DNA of 64,000 bases from positions 1 to 64,000 of the IMG/VR virus record IMGVR_UViG_3300023179_004149; one strand, 5' to 3'. Of this stretch, positions 1 through 9,515 are shown one piece after another; within the stretch, counting starts at the first letter, position 1, and every line of letters starts with the position of its first letter. The translations under genes and the position numbers were made by a program. Under the pieces are notes generated by a model that saw only the letters and a list, made by a program, of their open reading frames with translations, was not told where the DNA came from and did no database searches.

Positions 1-308
1 CCGATCAGTTTGCACTGAATCTTGATTTTGGCATAATTTGGTAGATCAACCATACGATAGTGCGTCATCCAGGGAAACATATCACTGGACATACGGTAAA
101 CCATAATACCATTATATAGGTTATACTTCAAAATACGCAAACAATCCGTGAGATTTTGTTGTATCAGTTCAGATACATAAGGTAACCCCTTACTTTCAAA
201 GGTTTTTTTAACCATACCACGATTAACGGTAACGTGATTTTGTTTGGTAACACCCTCGTTTATACCCATTGATATACAGCAATACCCAATATTCTGACTC
301 ATTTGCAT
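1..308 (-). CDS. uvsE: UV damage repair endonuclease (UvsE/UvdE family), 5' part only; runs off the window start
   Basis: Manual translation gives MQMSQNIGYCCISMG...NRGMVKKTFESKGLPYVSELIQQNLTDCLRILKYN...YRMSSDMFPW, matching the UvdE N-terminal motifs. Not in the ORF track. Confidence 0.85.
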   Translation of the reverse strand, partial: MQMSQNIGYCCISMGINEGVTKQNHVTVNRGMVKKTFESKGLPYVSELIQQNLTDCLRILKYNLYNGIMVYRMSSDMFPWMTHYRMVDLPNYAKIKIQCKLI

Positions 309-385
309 TTTTTGACAAAAGTAGATAAAATAACGACACCAACAAAATTTTTTTCGGGTTTTGACTATTTATAATAAAAAAGACT

Positions 386-856
386 ATGGAAAACATTAAA
401 TTCTCACAAGGGGCTGTTGATTTAATAGCGAAATTTGAAGGTTTTAGGTCAAAACCTTATCTTGACTCGGTAAATATCCCAACTATTGGGTACGGTACAA
501 CGTTTTATGAAAACGGTAAAAAAGTAACAATGAACGATGCTCCGATCACAGAACCAAGAGCTAAAGAAATCTTGTTAAATTATTTAAATAATCATATGTT
601 ACCTGAATTTAAAAAAAGTATTAAGGTTCAACTTGAACAACATCAGATTGATGCTCTCGCTTGTTTGGTTTATAATATAGGTAACGGCGCTTTCAAAAAT
701 TCAAGCGTGTTAAAAAACATAAATGAAAACATTAAATCGGGTGAGATGTTCGAGAAAAACTGGAAAGCCTGGAATAAAGGGGGTGGTAAAGTTCTTCAAG
801 GTTTAGTGAACCGTAGAGAAGGCGAGTATAAGTATTTTACAAAAGGTGTTTTATAA
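386..856 (+). CDS. Phage lysozyme/endolysin (GH24)
   Basis: FEG-x8-D-x5-TIGYG catalytic motif, YNIG, and C-terminal GLVNRREGE. Confidence 0.92.
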   Translation: MENIKFSQGAVDLIAKFEGFRSKPYLDSVNIPTIGYGTTFYENGKKVTMNDAPITEPRAKEILLNYLNNHMLPEFKKSIKVQLEQHQIDALACLVYNIGNGAFKNSSVLKNINENIKSGEMFEKNWKAWNKGGGKVLQGLVNRREGEYKYFTKGVL

Positions 857-858
857 TG

Positions 859-886
859 AATAAGCCAGGTTTAAACCTGGCTTATT
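859..886. terminator. Bidirectional intrinsic terminator between convergent genes
   Basis: Inverted repeat AATAAGCCAGGTTT/AAACCTGGCTTATT with A/T-rich flanks. Confidence 0.75.
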
Positions 887-1410
887 TTATTTTGTATCTT
901 ACCTTGATACACATGATATAACGTAAACTTATATTCGGGTTCGTCTTCGAAAATTTGTTTTGCGTTGTACAGGTGTTTCAGATCATCATCATAAAATTCA
1001 AAAATCTTATAATCGGGAAACTGGTTGTGTAAAATATCCCAAATTCTTTCACCCTTTTCCTTATGGTCTTTCTTATAAGAATAGGCATCAAATGTGATAT
1101 TGTGCTTAACCAGCACGTTTTTAATTGCCTCTGAGTTCTGAGGTATTCGGTTTGTCAGGAGAACAACCTTTGTATCGGGATCAGCGGCACACTTTTGGTA
1201 TTCGGCATAAATTTCCTGGTTTGGGTGAATATCGAACACATTCAAATCCAAACTCTCATTCCTACCCCACCAACCTTTATGTGGATATGGTTTACCCATT
1301 TTTTCGGTCCAAATTTGCTTTCCTGGGTCTGGATGAGGCGAATCCATTAAACAGCCATCAAAATCAAAAAAGATAATTTTTTTGGCACCTTTCTGTGTAT
1401 TTTCTGTCAT
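871..1410 (-). CDS. HAD-superfamily phosphatase, Swiss Army Knife RNA-repair-like type
   Basis: FFDFDGCL motif I, GWW..NESL, LLTNR motif II, FYDDD motif IV. Confidence 0.75.
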   Translation of the reverse strand: MTENTQKGAKKIIFFDFDGCLMDSPHPDPGKQIWTEKMGKPYPHKGWWGRNESLDLNVFDIHPNQEIYAEYQKCAADPDTKVVLLTNRIPQNSEAIKNVLVKHNITFDAYSYKKDHKEKGERIWDILHNQFPDYKIFEFYDDDLKHLYNAKQIFEDEPEYKFTLYHVYQGKIQNKISQV

Positions 1411-2579
1411 TGTGTTTCCCCTTTTAAATATTTAATAATCTCAGCCTTATTGTTGCTGATTTCGTCACTATAGATGGCGCCGATGATACTCATCAAGGCT
1501 TTACCCACTTCCTGACCCTTATAACCCATTTCCATCAAATCGTTACCGTTAACAGTAAGTTTAGAGATTGATGCTGGATATTTGTTGGTCATGAAGTCAT
1601 CCATAACATCATTTAGGTGACTTTGCACAAACTTACTAAAAAATATTGAGGGGGCCAACTTATTTAGTTGAAAATATATCCATCTTTGTTTTATTACATC
1701 ATCGCCTGGTAAATTAGCGTACAAATAAGACAAAGCCCCTATTTCTTTCGTAACCTTATCTTCGCCCTTCATTATATTCTTAAAGTACTGGTCTGGTTGG
1801 TCAACGATACCTTTAATCAGCCAGAATATAAATTCACTCATCCTGGTAACGTAATCAAAGGGCTCAAAATCACCCACAAACCCAGTACCAAAAATACCTC
1901 TGAATAAACCACTCTTATCCAACAAAACAGCACCAACATGTGGGTTACCTTTGTTTACTATCTTATCAAATTCGATCAAAATCCTTTCTTTTGATATTTC
2001 AGATATTTTATCTGCGTTTCTTTCGATCAATTCAAACGTTCTTGGTTCAATTGTAAAATCGAACCTTGAAGCTTGCGCCACACATCTTAACATTCGTAAT
2101 GGATCATCGATGAATGATCGAGTTGATGTTGCCGATATAATTTTATTTTTGATATCAGCTAATCCATTGAACGGGTCAATTAATTTATTATTAATCATAT
2201 CATAAGCCATTGAGTTTAATTTTGTATCACGCCGCTCCAGATCCCTTTCAATAGGTAGTGTGTGGTCAACATTAATATCAAACCCTTTATAACCACCAAG
2301 ACCATTAACGCTTTCTTTTCTTGGTAAGGCAATATCAATTTCTTCACTATTAACACTATCGGTAAATTTTATAATACCAAAAGATTCACCAACAACATCC
2401 ACCTTTCCGTATTTAGATAATATATTTTTTAATTCATTTACCTCAATGCCTGATATAACAATATCTAAATCTTTAGACGGTTTATTCAGATAAAAATCTC
2501 TAACCGCACCCCCAACGATATATATTTTACCTCCCCTATTTTGTATAGCATCGGTAAAAGGTAATTTAATGTTCACCAT
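1407..2579 (-). CDS. cca: tRNA nucleotidyltransferase (CCA-adding enzyme, class II)
   Basis: VGGAVRD, DLD, RRD..NSMAY, DPFNG..D, DDPLRMLR, ERI..EFDK. Confidence 0.9.
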   Translation of the reverse strand: MVNIKLPFTDAIQNRGGKIYIVGGAVRDFYLNKPSKDLDIVISGIEVNELKNILSKYGKVDVVGESFGIIKFTDSVNSEEIDIALPRKESVNGLGGYKGFDINVDHTLPIERDLERRDTKLNSMAYDMINNKLIDPFNGLADIKNKIISATSTRSFIDDPLRMLRCVAQASRFDFTIEPRTFELIERNADKISEISKERILIEFDKIVNKGNPHVGAVLLDKSGLFRGIFGTGFVGDFEPFDYVTRMSEFIFWLIKGIVDQPDQYFKNIMKGEDKVTKEIGALSYLYANLPGDDVIKQRWIYFQLNKLAPSIFFSKFVQSHLNDVMDDFMTNKYPASISKLTVNGNDLMEMGYKGQEVGKALMSIIGAIYSDEISNNKAEIIKYLKGETQ

Positions 2580-2648
2580 AAAATATATTATTTATTACGT
2601 TTAAAACTATTTCCCTATTTTTTAATAACACGAAAAATACGCAAAGGA

Positions 2649-3077
2649 TCATTTTTTTTGGTCTATCTGTTTTACTTCGGTTATAACCCCAGTCAAAACA
2701 AAATCGGTTTCATATGGTTTCCAATCAGTTATCAGGTTTGACATCTGTGGTTTACCACCCTCGGCCTTGTTTACGGCCAGGGTAATGTGTGGTTTACGCT
2801 TTTCAGAATAAGTACCCTTAACCCCAACAGCCAGAGCCATATTGCTCATCCCCAAATCAGTAATAACCAAACGAGCCGTTTTACCCACCAATTCAGAACG
2901 CATTGGTTCAGCCAACGCACCCATCTTTATGGTCATACGATGGGCGATCCATTCCCAACCCTCTGGTATCTCTCCACTCCAACTATAAAATTCTTGTCTT
3001 AGCTTTTCCCTTGATATTGAATCAAGTACAACCGCTGTGTATGAAACTTTCTGCATATTAAAATAAATATTTCTCAA
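2649..3077 (-). CDS. 2H phosphoesterase-like protein (tRNA-ligase CPDase-like)
   Basis: SYTAVVL, AHRMTI and PHITLAV; the second HxT motif is intact, the first reads R-M-T. Confidence 0.7.
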   Translation of the reverse strand: MRNIYFNMQKVSYTAVVLDSISREKLRQEFYSWSGEIPEGWEWIAHRMTIKMGALAEPMRSELVGKTARLVITDLGMSNMALAVGVKGTYSEKRKPHITLAVNKAEGGKPQMSNLITDWKPYETDFVLTGVITEVKQIDQKK

Positions 3078-3125
3078 AGGTATGGAATTTTTTCGAGAAA
3101 ATATTTATTTTTGTAAAAAAAACTT

Positions 3126-3425
3126 ATGGAAGCAGAAATAACAAACTTAATGGAGTGGTGTAAATACCAAAATTTAAGGATAAAACAGAATGATGAGGTT
3201 TTTTTCATCAACGAAAGAGTTTTGGTTAAACCTGGTTTTATAATCAATAACAAAATCTTTGTTGATATACCAGATGAGTTTGAAATGACCGAGAAATACC
3301 TTCAAATTCGTAAAGATTTCTCAAAATCATACGGAACCCTGATTATTCTACCAAAATCCGTATTGGCTAACATAATGGATATCTCAAAAATTGATATCCA
3401 AACTAAGTTTAACATTAGGTTTTAA
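3126..3425 (+). CDS. Hypothetical protein
   Basis: ORF in a tightly packed four-gene plus-strand run. Confidence 0.6.
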   Translation: MEAEITNLMEWCKYQNLRIKQNDEVFFINERVLVKPGFIINNKIFVDIPDEFEMTEKYLQIRKDFSKSYGTLIILPKSVLANIMDISKIDIQTKFNIRF

Positions 3426-3844
3426 TGGAAATATTATATTGCAATTATATTACATTAACCCCAAATTTAAGGAAATTGCTTTATTTTTCGGAAATAACCG
3501 ATTTTCCGACAGATTTTCGTTACTGTATGAATTACTATGAGTTTCATTACTTGGTTCATTTTACTAGAGATCAGAATCACTTATTTAGTAATTTGAATGA
3601 TGCTTTTTTCAATAAACTATCAACACATAAAGATAAACTATCCCTATGTGGGTTAATAAATGTGAACACAAACACATTTATCCCGACGGAACTAATATAC
3701 CAACTTGATAACGGTGAATTAGGGTTATATATTAGGAAGAGTATTCTATCCACATTCAACGACCATGGTGTTGAGTTAAGTTTGAACTACAAAGGTATTG
3801 AAAAGAAAGTAACCCCAAAGAAAGCCGTATTCAAAATCGGGTAA
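3425..3844 (+). CDS. Hypothetical protein
   Basis: Start overlaps the previous stop codon. Confidence 0.6.
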   Translation: MEILYCNYITLTPNLRKLLYFSEITDFPTDFRYCMNYYEFHYLVHFTRDQNHLFSNLNDAFFNKLSTHKDKLSLCGLINVNTNTFIPTELIYQLDNGELGLYIRKSILSTFNDHGVELSLNYKGIEKKVTPKKAVFKIG

Positions 3845-4091
3845 CTTGACTTTATTGGTTATTTTTCTTATAATTGTACCTTATGGAAAATTTAACTAAA
3901 CTATCGAAAATAAGTGATAACATTGACCGATTGCGTCAATACAACATAAGCCCAGATTTAATTGGGGAATATGAAAAGTTTTTACTGAATGCTAATCTCA
4001 CAGATAATGAGATTGGTGGACTTAATAAAATAATCGAACGTATGATATCACAACACTACGTTAACAAACTATTAATGCAAACATTATAGAT

Positions 4092-4481
4092 ATGACGCTA
4101 AAAGATGTAACCTTAATAACCGCAAACAATAATCACTATCTTACGGTAGACGAGATAACCGAACGTTGTTTGTATTGCGTTAACGGTGAACAATATGAAG
4201 ATTTGTATTCGAATACACTCGATCAAAAGGTTGATTGGGTTAAAGGCATTATAGCTGGTCCAAATCAAATTGGTTTGGTGTTTGAACGAGAATTATCTGG
4301 TGGTCTGTGTTTGCTCTCACCATTTAATGGCTATTATTTGGCTGAGATAGAAAAAAATAACGGTTCCTGTAAAATTGAACTACAGGAACCGTCACATCAC
4401 AATAAAAATGATATCCACCCCAAAGATATCAAAATTGAACCAGTATTGGTTGATAATAAAGTAGTCATTCACCTCGCTTAG
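4092..4481 (+). CDS. Hypothetical protein
   Basis: 129 aa ORF with AT-rich codon usage. Confidence 0.55.
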   Translation: MTLKDVTLITANNNHYLTVDEITERCLYCVNGEQYEDLYSNTLDQKVDWVKGIIAGPNQIGLVFERELSGGLCLLSPFNGYYLAEIEKNNGSCKIELQEPSHHNKNDIHPKDIKIEPVLVDNKVVIHLA

Positions 4482-4626
4482 AGAATTTGCGTAAGAAGTA
4501 ATAGCACAAAAAGAACGTGGCCGATATAAGATAAAATATAATGTCGGTTATCCAGTACGATCCTCTCCACTTCATGATTCGGGCAAACAATCCATCGTAA
4601 CCAAAAAGTAGAAATCTCGAGTAAAA
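4465..4626 (-). pseudogene. Start-less diverged copy of the 3' two-thirds of the 5575-5790 membrane gene
   Basis: Translates FGYDGLFARIMKWRGSYWITDIIFYLISATFFLCYYFLRK, versus FGYDGLFALIMQSTGSYWITDLIFYLISVLFFTLHYFLRK in the intact gene. Confidence 0.85.
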
Positions 4627-4628
4627 TT

Positions 4629-5525
4629 TTAAATACCATCTTCAATTATTTTTTCAATATTTTCATAATCAATATATGAAATACGTATTAATTTAGGTGA
4701 GCCAGGTTGTGAACAAAACTCATTTTTTATTTTATCCTTCAACATCATTTCTTCATAATTTTTACTATATATTGTGTTCGGTATAAAATGTTGTTTACCA
4801 TCATATTCTATGCAAATATTCTGTTCAATTAAGAAGAAATCAAATGGTAATGGTTTTTTATATCTACATTCGAGGAATCTTTTTTGTTGAGTGTAGATTA
4901 TTGAATTATTATCAAGAAATTTTTTGATTTTTTCTTCCCCTTTAGATAATTTACAATTAGGGCATCCGATACCTTTAACATGATCATTGGGCCGCTGTTC
5001 AAACGGGCCATGATCTTTACATATAATTTTTATTTTAGTCTTAGTGTTTATATAAACAACATCAGAATAATCATATTTACTACCATGTTTCAATACGGCT
5101 TTATTAATAAATGATTCGTTATTATCTAATTTGGATTTTTTAATGGTTAATAACCCACAATCGGGGCAACCACAACCATTTATATGAACGGCTGGCTTTT
5201 GAATGAAAATGCCATGAATAGGGCACTTTATAATAACGGGTGTTCTATTATTAACATAATTACAGTCGGTATAAGTATATTTATTCTGGTGTATGATGTT
5301 AGCCTTATCAATGAATGATTGTGTTGTTAATTTGACACCACCCTTACATGTCGGACAACCAGTTTTTAATCTAATGTGATTATCTGGGGTTACAAAAAAT
5401 GAACCATGTTCTGAGCACACCAACTCAACCTTAGTTCTTGCATTTTTGTAATCAATTTGCGAATAATTGTATTTATTACCATGTACATTATTTGCTTGAT
5501 GAATGAATTTTTCGGATTTGTTCAT
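4629..5525 (-). mobile_element. Free-standing homing-endonuclease-like gene (three Zn-ribbon repeats plus PD-(D/E)XK/Vsr-like nuclease domain)
   Basis: Repeated C..HG.F...P..H..G.GCP.C; C-terminal PFDFFL...ICIEYDGKQH; likely start MNKSEKF after a TATTTATA motif. Confidence 0.8.
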
Positions 5526-5574
5526 AAAACCATTTACTATAAATAGTATGGGAAATCGTAAAATCAGCACTTGG

Positions 5575-5790
5575 TTACGATTTTCGTAAGAAATAATGTA
5601 ATGTAAAGAAAAGTACCGAAATAAGGTAAAAAATTAAATCCGTAATCCAATAAGAACCTGTCGATTGCATTATTAGAGCGAATAGTCCGTCGTAACCAAA
5701 AGGTAAGAAAAAACTCCCGAAAAATAAAGATATTGTGGCTAACCGCTCCCTCGAACGAAGGATTGTTTTTATTCTGTTTATTAGGGTCAC
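5575..5790 (-). CDS. Small membrane protein
   Basis: Two hydrophobic segments; coding status supported by the diverged duplicate at 4465-4626. Confidence 0.75.
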   Translation of the reverse strand: MTLINRIKTILRSRERLATISLFFGSFFLPFGYDGLFALIMQSTGSYWITDLIFYLISVLFFTLHYFLRKS

Positions 5791-5912
5791 CGTCCATATT
5801 TTAAGTTTAAATAATTATGCTTCATAACCTGGGTTTAGGTTATTGCGTTCTATATAAATATCTTGCGGATAATCAAAATTATAAAAGGTCAGAAAATTCT
5901 GACCTTTCTTTT

Positions 5913-6530
5913 TTACTCTGTAAATAGCTTGCTGTTGAGATTATGAATCTTCTTAAAGAAACGATGTAATCTTTCAATCTCGGCTACATTAACTTCACCA
6001 TCGTTTTCGATAACAACATCACAATACATCATCTTCTCATCTTGCGGCATCTGGTTCTTTATCTTTGCCATGATTTGCGTTTCATCGTGGCCCAAGTCCC
6101 TGGCTCTGATCCTGGCCATTCTAACCTCAGAACCAGCATTAACACCAATCATGAAATCAACCAGGTCATCCATATTATATTCAAAGAATATGGCTGATTC
6201 AACAAGGACATATGATTTGTACCAGTACTTATCGTAAAAAGCAAGAATGTCATTCTTTAGATAAGGATCAAAGATTAAAGCGAGATCAACTTTTTTCACC
6301 TTATCATTGAATATAACATCAGCAACATATTTGCGATTGTATTCATTGTTTTCATCAAACACATTCGGCCCCAGAAACTCAATAAGTTTTACCCTCAGCT
6401 CTTTGTTTTCTTTGATGAGAGTTTTTAACCTATCATCCATGACATATGTCGGAACATCCAGTTTTTCAAACTCTTTCAATATGGTTGTTTTACCAACCCC
6501 CATGTTTCCCGTAACGCCAATCTTAATCAT
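5913..6530 (-). CDS. coaE: Dephospho-CoA kinase
   Basis: IGVTGNMGVGKTT P-loop, ESAIFFE, R...RD, Q......K..CD.VIENDG. Confidence 0.9.
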   Translation of the reverse strand: MIKIGVTGNMGVGKTTILKEFEKLDVPTYVMDDRLKTLIKENKELRVKLIEFLGPNVFDENNEYNRKYVADVIFNDKVKKVDLALIFDPYLKNDILAFYDKYWYKSYVLVESAIFFEYNMDDLVDFMIGVNAGSEVRMARIRARDLGHDETQIMAKIKNQMPQDEKMMYCDVVIENDGEVNVAEIERLHRFFKKIHNLNSKLFTE

Positions 6531-6553
6531 ATGTTAATTTTTATAAAAAAAAT

Positions 6554-6845
6554 TTAATCCAAATATTTAACAAAATCGGCATTCTCAAATCTTTCAACGC
6601 CACTGGCATCAAGAGCTTCAATATAAACCATAGGTGATGTACCCATTTCGAGCATACAGATGTTCTTATAACCATTTTCTTTGGTTATTTCGGTGTTTGA
6701 TTCATTGATTACTTCACTCATCTTGGAAGTCACCTTTTCGATCTTATTTTGGCCAGGGATTACATTACCCCATTGGACATGCGGATCACCAAATTCCTCA
6801 ACGCAGAACTTGCGCCCACTCTTCATGTAAACAAAATACCGTCTG
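6554..6845 (-). CDS. Hypothetical protein
   Basis: ORF from MSNRRYFV. Confidence 0.6.
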
Positions 6846-7339
6846 TTACTCATAACGTTTCTTTTTTTTCTTCTCCAGGCGATTATCAAAATCTTTTAAA
6901 AACGACTCTGGAATTATTATATTTCTATTCTTAAACTCATCAAGGATTTCTTCACGTGTGAAGCACCAATCAGCGATACCATCTGTCCACTGATCAAGCC
7001 ATAATCCCCAACTTTTTTTACCTATTATTACAGATCTTAAGATGTTCGGATGTCGTGATGTTATTACTTTACCACCTTTGAAGTGGCCATCATCATACAA
7101 CCTGAAACCCTCTTTACAATCAACGCCATTGGGGTCATATTTTACTTGTACGTCCTCACCACAAAATGTGAGTATCCCCGATCTGTTACTTCTTAAGAAG
7201 AAGCTGAATTTTTCATTGAAACCCTCAGAGAATTTTCTGAGTTTGCGCTGATGTCTTGTTCCTATACGACCAGATATTTCTTTTAATACCTGGTCTTTTG
7301 TGCGACCAGCGTGGTTTCTCCCTTACATGTGTTTTCCAT
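6846..7339 (-). pseudogene. Hypothetical gene with an apparent frameshift near its 5' end
   Basis: The frame of the 6846-7100 ORF stays open to about 7320, but the nearest ATG (7339, MENTCK) is in another frame. Confidence 0.45.
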
Positions 7340-7368
7340 CTTTTTGTTTTTTACTGGTTAAATAATAA

Positions 7369-7560
7369 AATTAACACCCGTAGCCTCGATTCTGTTCTAT
7401 CCTACCATCTATCTTTGCCTTAACCCATCCTCATAGGGAAACCGACACCCTCGGATTGTTTAAGTTGCAGCTTCTTTGGTATAACGATTGTTTAGATCTC
7501 CCAAATTAGGTTTTGCTGTCGAGAACTTCCTCTGTTTCCAGCGGTAGGTCGATGTTAATT
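7369..7560 (-). ncRNA. rnpB: Miniature RNase P RNA (about 192 nt)
   Basis: P1 AAUUAACAUC/GGUGUUAAUU; P2 CCUACC/GGUAGG; P3 CUG-GAAA-CAG; P4 GAGGAAGUUCUCGA with ACAGAAUCGAGGCUA; P5 CAGC/GCUG followed by CAA; P15 CUUAA/UUAAG with GGU; AGAUAGAUG before the P2 3' strand. Confidence 0.85.
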
Positions 7561-7649
7561 TTAGTAAAATCCAAATGATTGGTAAGTATTGGCGGAGCCC
7601 GTTGTATTACAAGTCGCTATTCTATTACCTTTCAAAATTAAATTAAGTG

Positions 7650-7669
7650 TGGAGCGTGTGGGTAACGAA
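7650..7669 (-). pseudogene. 3' remnant of a tRNA, probably tRNA-Ala
   Basis: TTCGTTA-CCCAC-ACGCTCC-A reads as T loop, T-stem 3' strand and acceptor 3' strand with U70 and A73; the rest is missing next to an endonuclease gene. Confidence 0.5.
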
Positions 7670-7707
7670 AAGTGAATTTTTAGTGAAAACCATACTATTT
7701 ATTAAAT

Positions 7708-8382
7708 ATGACACCACTTTATACACAAATTGAGTTTGATTCAGCCAAATCGCAGACCAAGTTACCTTGTAAATGCGAATATTGTACCAATACGTTCCAT
7801 AAACCAAAAAAAGAAATAGTCTACGAATTAAAAAATAATCGTGGTGCTATTCGTTTTTGTTCAATACGATGTTGTAATCATAATAGCAAGGGAATTAAAC
7901 AATTAGTATTATGTGATCAATGCAATACGCAATTTGAAAAACACACTTCTCAAATTAAAAAATCTAAGAACAATTTTTGTTCGAGATCATGTTCTGTTAC
8001 ATACAATAATAAACATAAAACCACTGGTAATAGGCGTTCTAAGCTCGAAATTTGGCTCGAAGAGCAACTAACAACACTTTATCCTAATCTTATTATAGAT
8101 TATAATAAAAAGGATGCCATTGGCTCTGAACTTGATATTTATATCCCATCACTTAACCTGGCTTTTGAATTGAATGGGATTTTTCATTATGAACCCATAT
8201 ACGGTTTAGATAAACTAAACCAAATTCAAAACAATGATAATAATAAATTCCAATACTGTTTAAAATATGGAATATCTTTATGCATTATTGATACATCAGA
8301 TCAAAAATATTTTAAAAAGATAACATCTAAAAAATATTTAGATATTATTATTGATATTATAAATCAAAGAACTTCTTATTAA
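7708..8382 (+). mobile_element. Free-standing endonuclease gene (Zn-finger repeats plus PD-(D/E)XK-like domain)
   Basis: CEYC/FCS.RC, CDQC/FCSRSC; ELDIYIPSLNLAFELNGIFHY; antisense to the tRNA cluster. Confidence 0.75.
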
Positions 8383-8444
8383 CCTCTTATCCAGTATTAC
8401 CTGTTTCCAATAACAACCAAGTGGGGTGGGTTAACTTTATTATC

Positions 8445-8516
8445 TATTGATGAAGGGAATCGAACCCTCGTTTTCAGATCGAAAATCTGACGTGCTAACC
8501 GTTGCACCACACCGAC
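8445..8516 (-). tRNA. tRNA-Glu(TTC), imperfect acceptor stem
   Basis: TCAGA-TTTTCGA-TCTGA anticodon arm; GAGGG-TTCGATT-CCCTT T arm. Confidence 0.8.
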
Positions 8517-8580
8517 ATTTGCTGTCTTTTCCAGCCGTCACTAACGTTCTTATTTCCTTCGTTGGGCGTTATCACCAACC

Positions 8581-8671
8581 TGGCGGAGAGTTACGGGATC
8601 GAACCGTATCCAGTTTTCACCGAATGTCATACTTAGCAGGTAGACCCCATCACCGTTTGGGTAAACTCTCC
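8581..8671 (-). tRNA. tRNA-Ser(GCT)
   Basis: GGAGAGT acceptor, CTGCTAA loop, long variable arm, encoded CCA. Confidence 0.88.
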
Positions 8672-8677
8672 ATTTTT

Positions 8678-8893
8678 TTACATGATCCAACGTTGCATGA
8701 GCTTCGCTTCCATCTGTATTCCGAAATCAGCATCACCCATGTCTTCAACTGGTATCTCAAATTGTACAAACACCGAACCTAATTCAGCATCTTCAATTGT
8801 AGTGGAGTAATACGCCTTACCTTTTCTGATATACTGAAAATCAGCTGTTGGTTTTTGCTTATACAAAGCTTTCTTAATGTCGTTCTTTTCCAT
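8678..8893 (-). CDS. Small hypothetical protein inside the tRNA cluster
   Basis: MEKNDIKKALYKQKP...; fills the gap between two tRNA genes. Confidence 0.6.
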   Translation of the reverse strand: MEKNDIKKALYKQKPTADFQYIRKGKAYYSTTIEDAELGSVFVQFEIPVEDMGDADFGIQMEAKLMQRWIM

Positions 8894-8907
8894 GTTCACT
8901 TTTAGTT

Positions 8908-8982
8908 TGGCACGGGTAGAGGATCTCGAAACCCCATCTGCGGTTTTGGAGACCGCCATTCTTGCCTTTGAACTATACCCGT
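8908..8982 (-). tRNA. tRNA-Trp(CCA)
   Basis: GCGGT-CTCCAAA-ACCGC anticodon arm; encoded CCA. Confidence 0.9.
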
Positions 8983-8993
8983 ATGTTTTACTT

Positions 8994-9085
8994 TGGCGGA
9001 GAAGGGGGGACTCGAACCCACAAGCCGTCTTTCGACGACACGGCTGTTTTCAAGACAGCTGCATTACCAATTATGCTACCTCTCC
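8994..9085 (-). tRNA. tRNA-Ser(TGA)
   Basis: GCTGT-CTTGAAA-ACAGC; long variable arm; encoded CCA. Confidence 0.92.
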
Positions 9086-9162
9086 ATTGTTCGTTAATCA
9101 TTTAGCCAATGTCTCCATTGTTACCAGTCATCACTACGTGGAAGTAGATTAACATGATGACC

Positions 9163-9237
9163 TCGAGTGGACAGGATTCGAACCTGCAACCTCACCGCTC
9201 CAGACGGCGTATTCTGCTCTTATTGAAATACCACTCG
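9163..9237 (-). tRNA. tRNA-Pro(TGG) with atypical C33
   Basis: CGAGTGG/CCACTCG acceptor; CGCCG-TCTGGAG-CGGTG. Confidence 0.8.
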
Positions 9238-9350
9238 TTTTAAGTATCTCTGGTATTTAACGTTTTATAATTGAAACGTTCAAAATGAACCATAAGCTAT
9301 GGTAGCTTGATAGCGGTATCCAGAATAACCGTCAATTTTTTGATACTTTG

Positions 9351-9423
9351 TCGAAAATGTGCGATTCGAACGCCCCTACAGACTCCCAAAGTCCGTGTGC
9401 AACCTGGCTACACTTCATTCTCG
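9351..9423 (-). tRNA. tRNA-Pro(TGG), second copy
   Basis: CGGAC-TTTGGGA-GTCTG; TTCGAAT T loop. Confidence 0.82.
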
Positions 9424-9515
9424 TATTTTCTTATTGTGTTATCACTAACACCTGAATTTCTACGCTTCGCTGGTTATACACCGCTTCTATGAAATTCTAA
9501 CAATCTGTCGCTGCG

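Noticed and set aside
5564-5797. Alternative-frame ORF overlapping 5575-5790
   Set aside because: The duplicate at 4465-4626 conserves the protein of the 5575-5790 frame, not this one.
7512-7519. CAGCAA inside the RNase P RNA as a member of the CAGCAA-box family
   Set aside because: Here it is explained as the P5 5' strand and lacks the flanking stem and TT prefix.
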